Positions 61,101-64,000 of a DNA stretch of 64,000 nucleotides are shown here, in pieces. The notes beneath the pieces are model-generated. The model saw only the letters and a list, made by a program, of their open reading frames with translations, had not been told where the DNA came from and searched no databases. Made by a program: the position numbers and the translations under genes. Source of the stretch: an uncultured Gammaproteobacteria bacterium (GTDB taxonomy: Bacteria > Patescibacteriota > Patescibacteriia > SBBC01 > CAIJZX01); contig CAYNGY010000002.1 of assembly GCA_964397195.1 (NCBI GenBank), forward strand, positions 116,012 through 180,011, written 5' to 3'. Within the stretch, counting starts at the first letter, position 1. Each line of letters opens with the position of its first letter.

Positions 61101-64000
61101 TGGTCCGGCACGAGCACAGGCGTCTTCGAAACCCGGGTCGGTGGCTCCGGGGATCACACGTTGCAAGGCGTTTGGGCTGCGGCCGCGGCGACGGTGTGGA
61201 AGGATGGCGCCGGAATAGCGACGGTCAACGCGGCGCAAGGGTGGACAGGAAATACGACGGTCATTGCCGGAACATTCCGGGACGGCGCCTTAAACGGGCT
61301 ATCGTCCGGAAACGTGGTTGTGGCTGGTGGGACGTTTGATCTTTCATCAAACAATGCTGATTCGGTTGGCGCAGTAGTCCTCGTTGATGGGACCATTTCG
61401 ACGACCGGTGGAGCGAGTGCGATTTTAACCGGGACAGCATACACCATCGAAAGTGGAACCATCAGCGGCGTGATTACTGGCGCCGTCGCGATGACCAAGA
61501 ACACTGCTGGTACGGCGGCAATTACGGCAGCGATTACTACTTCCAGCACGCTGACGATTAATGCGGGGACACTGACGTTTAGTGGGAACGGAGCGGCGAC
61601 CACTGTCACAGGGGCTACCATCAACCTTGGTGGGACATTGACGCTTGATAACTCGGGGACGAACGTTGGCGATCGGCTGAGCGGAAGTGGGAATAACATT
61701 GTGGTGACGATGAATGGCGGGAATTTCAATTTGATCGGCAAGGATTCAACGACGGTCACGGAGTCTATCGGCCAGCTCGCCTTCGCCGCCGGACATAATG
61801 TCGTGACGGTCGATCCGAAAGCCGGCAGTGGCGGTTCGGGAACAACCCTGACGGTCACGAATGCCACCTGTTTTAATCGGACGGTTGGGGCAACGGTGTT
61901 ATTCCGTGGGACGAGCTTCGGCTCAACCCCGGCCGCTGGAGTGTCGTCGTTGCTGTGTTCTGGGGGCGCGCCGACATTAACCGGAGCCAACGGTGGTTCG
62001 AACAATAGCGCGATTAGCATCTTGAAAGGTGCCTTTGGTGATAACTCCGTCACCGGTACTGGCACAGATATGGTGACGTATAACCAAGGTGATACCACCG
62101 GCCTGCGGTTACTCAACGGTGCCGGTCACACCGGAGAGTATGCGACAAACTTCGGCACAAATAACGCAAATGTAAAAATAACCGGTAACACTGCGGCCGC
62201 CACACAAAATGTAAATTCGTTGATTGTCAACGGCGGTGACGTGACGAACCCGGGTAGTGCCCAAACAATTACCACGGCTGGTGGGAGCTTAGCGGGGAAC
62301 GTCTTAATTGCATCGGCGAATACTATCGCCGGTGCGAATACGACATTTGCTTTCTCGAATGGTGTCGAAGCCTGTCTGCTGGCGAATGCGCCTACCACAA
62401 TATCAGCTAGCCTAGGAAATACGACGTCAAGTAATGTAACTTTCAGTGGCAGCGGCAACATTACTATAAGCGCGGCAAACACCTATACCGGTACTACCTT
62501 TATTAATTCCGCGACCTTAACTGAAGGTACGACGGACGCGATGTACACTGGTCCGGTGACTCTTGTGGGTGGGACCTTTGATACCAACGGAAATACTGAC
62601 TCGATAGGTGGTATCACCATGACGGCTGGAGTTGTTAAATCAGATTCATCCACCTTAACGACGACGGGAACCTTCGCGACCATTGCCAACGCCAATCTTT
62701 CCGCCAAGGTGACCGGAACCGTGGCGTTGCCCGCCTCTTCGACGTTGAACATTGCCGACGGGTTGGTTGAGGATGATGCCGTGATTTCGGCGGTGCTCAC
62801 GAGCGCCAACACGTCATTATCGAAAAGCACCGGTACCGGTGTCGTCGTGTTCAGCGGAAACAATACGTATACCGGGCCGACCACCATTAACGCTGGGACC
62901 ATTAAATATGGAACAACCGGGAATGCAACGAACGGTCCCCTCGGGACGTCAGCTGGCGCAACGACGGTGGCGAATGGGGCGGCGCTTGATCTGAATGGAT
63001 ATTCCCCAAACCCGGTAGATGCGCTGACCATCAGTGGCGCTGGTCTCAATACGAAAGGCGCACTCTTGAACACGTCCTCGACGGCAGTCACTTATAGCGC
63101 ATTATTGTCCATGGGTGCCGCCGCGACGATCCAGTCCGATTACGGCGACATCAATATCTCGAATACCGGAACCATTACTGGTACAAATACTAACTTGACC
63201 TTGCGTGGCGCCGGGAACGGCACGTTATCAAGTATTCTCGGCACTGGGTCCGGAACGCAGGTAAAAAATGATATGGGGACCTGGACCGTTTCCGGAAATG
63301 GAACATTTACCGGCGTGACGACGATCACGCTCGGCGTCCTAAAACTCGGGGCGGCGGGGAATGTAACCAATACGCCGTTCGGCACGAGTGCCGGTGGCGT
63401 CACGGTCGCGGCCACCGCCATGCTTGATCTGAACGGGCTGACGCTCGGTACGGCCGAAGCGTTAACTATCGCCGGAACCGGATTAGCGAACGCCGGCGCG
63501 TTGACCACGAGTGCCTCGGGCTCGACGAGTTATTCCGGAGCAGTGACACTTGGCGCGACGCCGCGGGTAACAAATTACGGGAGCGGCACATTTACGATTA
63601 GCGGTGCAATTTCTGGGAACAATGCGTTAACTGTCGTCAGCGCACCGGGGACGATCACAATTGGAACTGGCGTGTGGTCCGGTTCGGGGTCACTCGTGAA
63701 AGAAGGTTGGGGCACGACGATTATATCCGGTCAGAACACGATGACCGGGGCGATGACGGTCAGTACCGGGACTCTCCAGCTCGGGGCGAGCGGTGGTGGA
63801 ACGAACTCTCCGGTTGGGACAAATGCGGGTGGGGTCTCGGTATCAGCCGGCGCGGTATTTGATACCAGTACATTCCAAATTAATAATGCGGGTGCGGGCT
63901 CGAATGAGGGTTTGACCCTGAACGGTTCAGGTCTTAAGAATGCTGGTGCCTTGATTACCAACTCTGGCTCGACGATCACCTTTAGTACCATCGCGCTCGG
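55119..64000 (+). CDS. giant surface protein with PATR (autotransporter-associated beta-strand) repeats, 3'-partial; N-terminal excisionase-type HTH, then TM/signal anchor
   Basis: Open frame (codon positions = 0 mod 3) with no stop from 55068 to the window end, over 2,950 codons. It is absent from the ORF track because it has no stop. The N-terminus LLTISQTARILNVHPNTLRLWDDQGRLRAVRLGTRRDRRY is an HTH_17/MerR-excisionase-like fold. The second in-frame ATG at 55386 gives a signal-peptide-like RRRWAERVLHHRLLVQRAAYVTAAILLFAWGGASLQSALA/DQ. From about 57950 come dozens of N(T/P)YTGxTxINAGTLxLG...GATLDLNG repeats. Confidence 0.7.
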   Translation, partial: MLKAKRILLKYDFRFPGHELVRNFSFLGYFGTKKRDLSKYPKLLTISQTARILNVHPNTLRLWDDQGRLRAVRLGTRRDRRYEQAAVATMLASRPESHLSLVRRRWAERVLHHRLLVQRAAYVTAAILLFAWGGASLQSALADQPQPVTVLMAPQTCQGWSNARGAIGIDVGEGSALESFTSRNSAIYDAQRYQVRSNDGAVATGSLDGAGGDITCTHFSSADLPAGATITSASVLVSMASRLDGNTSASFSLQTSEDGAHWTTVQVLPVSAEGDRRQIVALPKVDGKTVANMAVRIVPDIELGAAAFTTWLDAVQLQVTATPLASSTPRQDAKARQELNKLVSFSKEIYKTDEHPVVRIPKSHPRKFMFITTGQTTWGLVDVQLADSSQRTYPVDYHERDIQDGTTVDTDLLINPKDLHPGKYKIKVTMRSSDGGSSMVEKDFFWGVVALNFDRAAPQQNDRERVGMGILDDTGRTICDAEVTVQVRDPRGHTTTYRTSKRSITKNPNCIDKGITNEPDYHFDFTVRLAGTYHVTLRAKTDVGERVYEDNLFVTKALPFDVERSDYPTRINPYAAYPVRIAVTPSRDYAGPVYERVPADFKILNLQPEAKIQDDPAHPGMKRIYWQVEWKRNTTYYLSYRFVAPPISPALFMTGPLSIGGNDLLGADFIEPRQWQIASDSISSISWDGSASNLWSNPANWSTNVIPQAGDNLVFPAGAANYSNQNDLGENYWFNSITFYDSGYTLSGNTIIMGQGQTTNAVILPGITDAVSSGGNTISLPIRLDATRLITVTNSSETLTISGAITGVGGLSKEGLGDLVLSGGNTYGGVTKVNGGVLSARNNTALGTIALGTEVVGEAALELEGTIAIGREALTLRSYGQSNGGALRNVQNNNSFDGLITIAGTTEIASDSGTLTLNGGVTGTFNLNLDGSGNISFAKAPIAISTGLLTKNGGGTTTFNFPNTYTGVTTVNAGTLLYGCDNAILSGNIVVNGGTLDVATFSDMVGAVTLGTLAGGSATITGSTGVLSGTFVVYAGTISAIIAGDGTTLTKQTPGTVTLTRANQFTGAVTLSVGILKIQDNLSLGTTDGVTTLTSGATLQIDGNGLSVPELISVAGLGLNNVGALVNSGGDNTITGLITMTAATTIESAASTTLTISNSGVTGAFGLTVDGDGDTVISAPINTSGGTLTKDGSGNLTLSAYNPYTGATVINYGNLRLNGNGTITTSASIDIRSGSKLILDNSSTVADRIGDAIGVTMNGGDMEFYGNTSTSTMATAGTLTLNSGQNTISVFAATGGPTILRFGSLVRTTPGATGLFRGTSLGATPAANVATLLFTTAPTLLGDDGASNTPTLSIIPGIFGDNSTAGTGTDMVTYGRGNNNGVRLLNGAGFSGEYTTDLTMTNANIKLTAGTAAVTTQINSLILGSGASITNPGSAQTMTFMSGNILNLQSSGSIAGANTTLAGGTLEFIIRTPQDLDISALITTTGGLSKSGSGTLTFSSSKTYTGLTSINAGTLLYGAHNALSNGAVTINDATLNIDIYSDTVGAVIVQGGTITGDTGVLTATSYDFRASTASAYLDGSGTLTVSNTNERVDATSTFTRDNPYTGAISVASGVLKLGADGGGTNTPLGTTAAGTTVSNGAMLDLNGHTLGIAEALNFRGTGIAGQGAIINSNASAVTYSGALTISTSGRIGADYGKITITGSISGTGLPLTVGGFGDIDISGAISTGTSGSVTKDGFGTYTPSNGNSTYTGATTISAGKLKLGAASVGGTNSPLGTAGGATAVTAGATLDLNGYTLGIAEAITNLNGVGGGSGDFAPGALINSSGTPVTFTGTITIAAGTMIRADSGAMTLSAISGTNAALILAGNGGGTVGGVIGTGTGTLSKLDSGTWNLAGSSTYTGATFIYQGTIQLGATGGAANTPLGTTGTGTTVYSGGVLDLNGFTLGTLEAFTLNGFGIADGGCVVNSSGNPNFSGNRTLGSDIRVTNTSGSALIWSGTSTGVFETRVGGSGDHTLQGVWAAAAATVWKDGAGIATVNAAQGWTGNTTVIAGTFRDGALNGLSSGNVVVAGGTFDLSSNNADSVGAVVLVDGTISTTGGASAILTGTAYTIESGTISGVITGAVAMTKNTAGTAAITAAITTSSTLTINAGTLTFSGNGAATTVTGATINLGGTLTLDNSGTNVGDRLSGSGNNIVVTMNGGNFNLIGKDSTTVTESIGQLAFAAGHNVVTVDPKAGSGGSGTTLTVTNATCFNRTVGATVLFRGTSFGSTPAAGVSSLLCSGGAPTLTGANGGSNNSAISILKGAFGDNSVTGTGTDMVTYNQGDTTGLRLLNGAGHTGEYATNFGTNNANVKITGNTAAATQNVNSLIVNGGDVTNPGSAQTITTAGGSLAGNVLIASANTIAGANTTFAFSNGVEACLLANAPTTISASLGNTTSSNVTFSGSGNITISAANTYTGTTFINSATLTEGTTDAMYTGPVTLVGGTFDTNGNTDSIGGITMTAGVVKSDSSTLTTTGTFATIANANLSAKVTGTVALPASSTLNIADGLVEDDAVISAVLTSANTSLSKSTGTGVVVFSGNNTYTGPTTINAGTIKYGTTGNATNGPLGTSAGATTVANGAALDLNGYSPNPVDALTISGAGLNTKGALLNTSSTAVTYSALLSMGAAATIQSDYGDINISNTGTITGTNTNLTLRGAGNGTLSSILGTGSGTQVKNDMGTWTVSGNGTFTGVTTITLGVLKLGAAGNVTNTPFGTSAGGVTVAATAMLDLNGLTLGTAEALTIAGTGLANAGALTTSASGSTSYSGAVTLGATPRVTNYGSGTFTISGAISGNNALTVVSAPGTITIGTGVWSGSGSLVKEGWGTTIISGQNTMTGAMTVSTGTLQLGASGGGTNSPVGTNAGGVSVSAGAVFDTSTFQINNAGAGSNEGLTLNGSGLKNAGALITNSGSTITFSTIAL

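Noticed and set aside
56469-63991. Many minus-strand ORFs (up to 320 aa) with Pro/Val/Ala-rich low-complexity translations.
   Set aside because: They lie antisense to the giant PATR-repeat gene, whose plus frame is open for over 8.8 kb. Their repetitive composition mirrors the sense repeats. They are artefacts of the stop-poor antisense frame.

Overview
This 64-kb window looks like a moderately GC-rich (~55-58% by eye) bacterial chromosome segment with compact, often 4-nt-overlapping genes. There is no rRNA and no CRISPR array.

From left to right it contains:
- A cell-envelope glycan locus: two GT4 glycosyltransferases, a secreted glycoside-hydrolase-like/FG-GAP protein, a phosphodiester glycosidase and two C39-like peptidases.
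- A small high-GC island carrying a DedA-like gene.
- An oxidative-stress/Fe-S block: a Fur-family (PerR-like) regulator behind a perfect 23-bp palindrome, then bcp, sufC, sufB, NUDIX, methyltransferase, GNAT, a short SufD-like gene, GNAT, sufS and sufU, with a divergent Fe/Mn SOD.
- Three tandem paralogous secreted proteins of an unrecognised family, followed by a CAP-domain protein with BlaI/BlaR1-type regulators.
- An integron-like array of co-oriented gene cassettes separated by attC-like imperfect palindromes with GTTAGGC/GCCTAAC cores. The array has AT-rich cargo and a cassette-borne second copy of a P-loop kinase. It lacks an integrase (CALIN-like) and abuts tRNA-Met with a duplicated tRNA 5' end.
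- A tight 4-gene operon for a ferric-reductase-like flavocytochrome plus secreted FN3/cytochrome-b5 proteins, flanked by tRNA-Met and tRNA-fMet.
- A HAD hydrolase, tRNA-Leu, parAB, a Wzy-like/TPR membrane protein, topA, dprA, mfd, a 560-bp structured non-coding spacer, pth and an LCP protein.
- A giant PATR-repeat surface protein of more than 2,950 aa that runs off the window end. It is absent from the ORF track because it has no in-window stop, and its N-terminus carries an excisionase-type HTH.

The most novel-looking items are the attC cassette array, the tandem secreted paralog family, the FRE-cytochrome b5 extracytoplasmic redox operon, and the HTH-fused giant adhesin.
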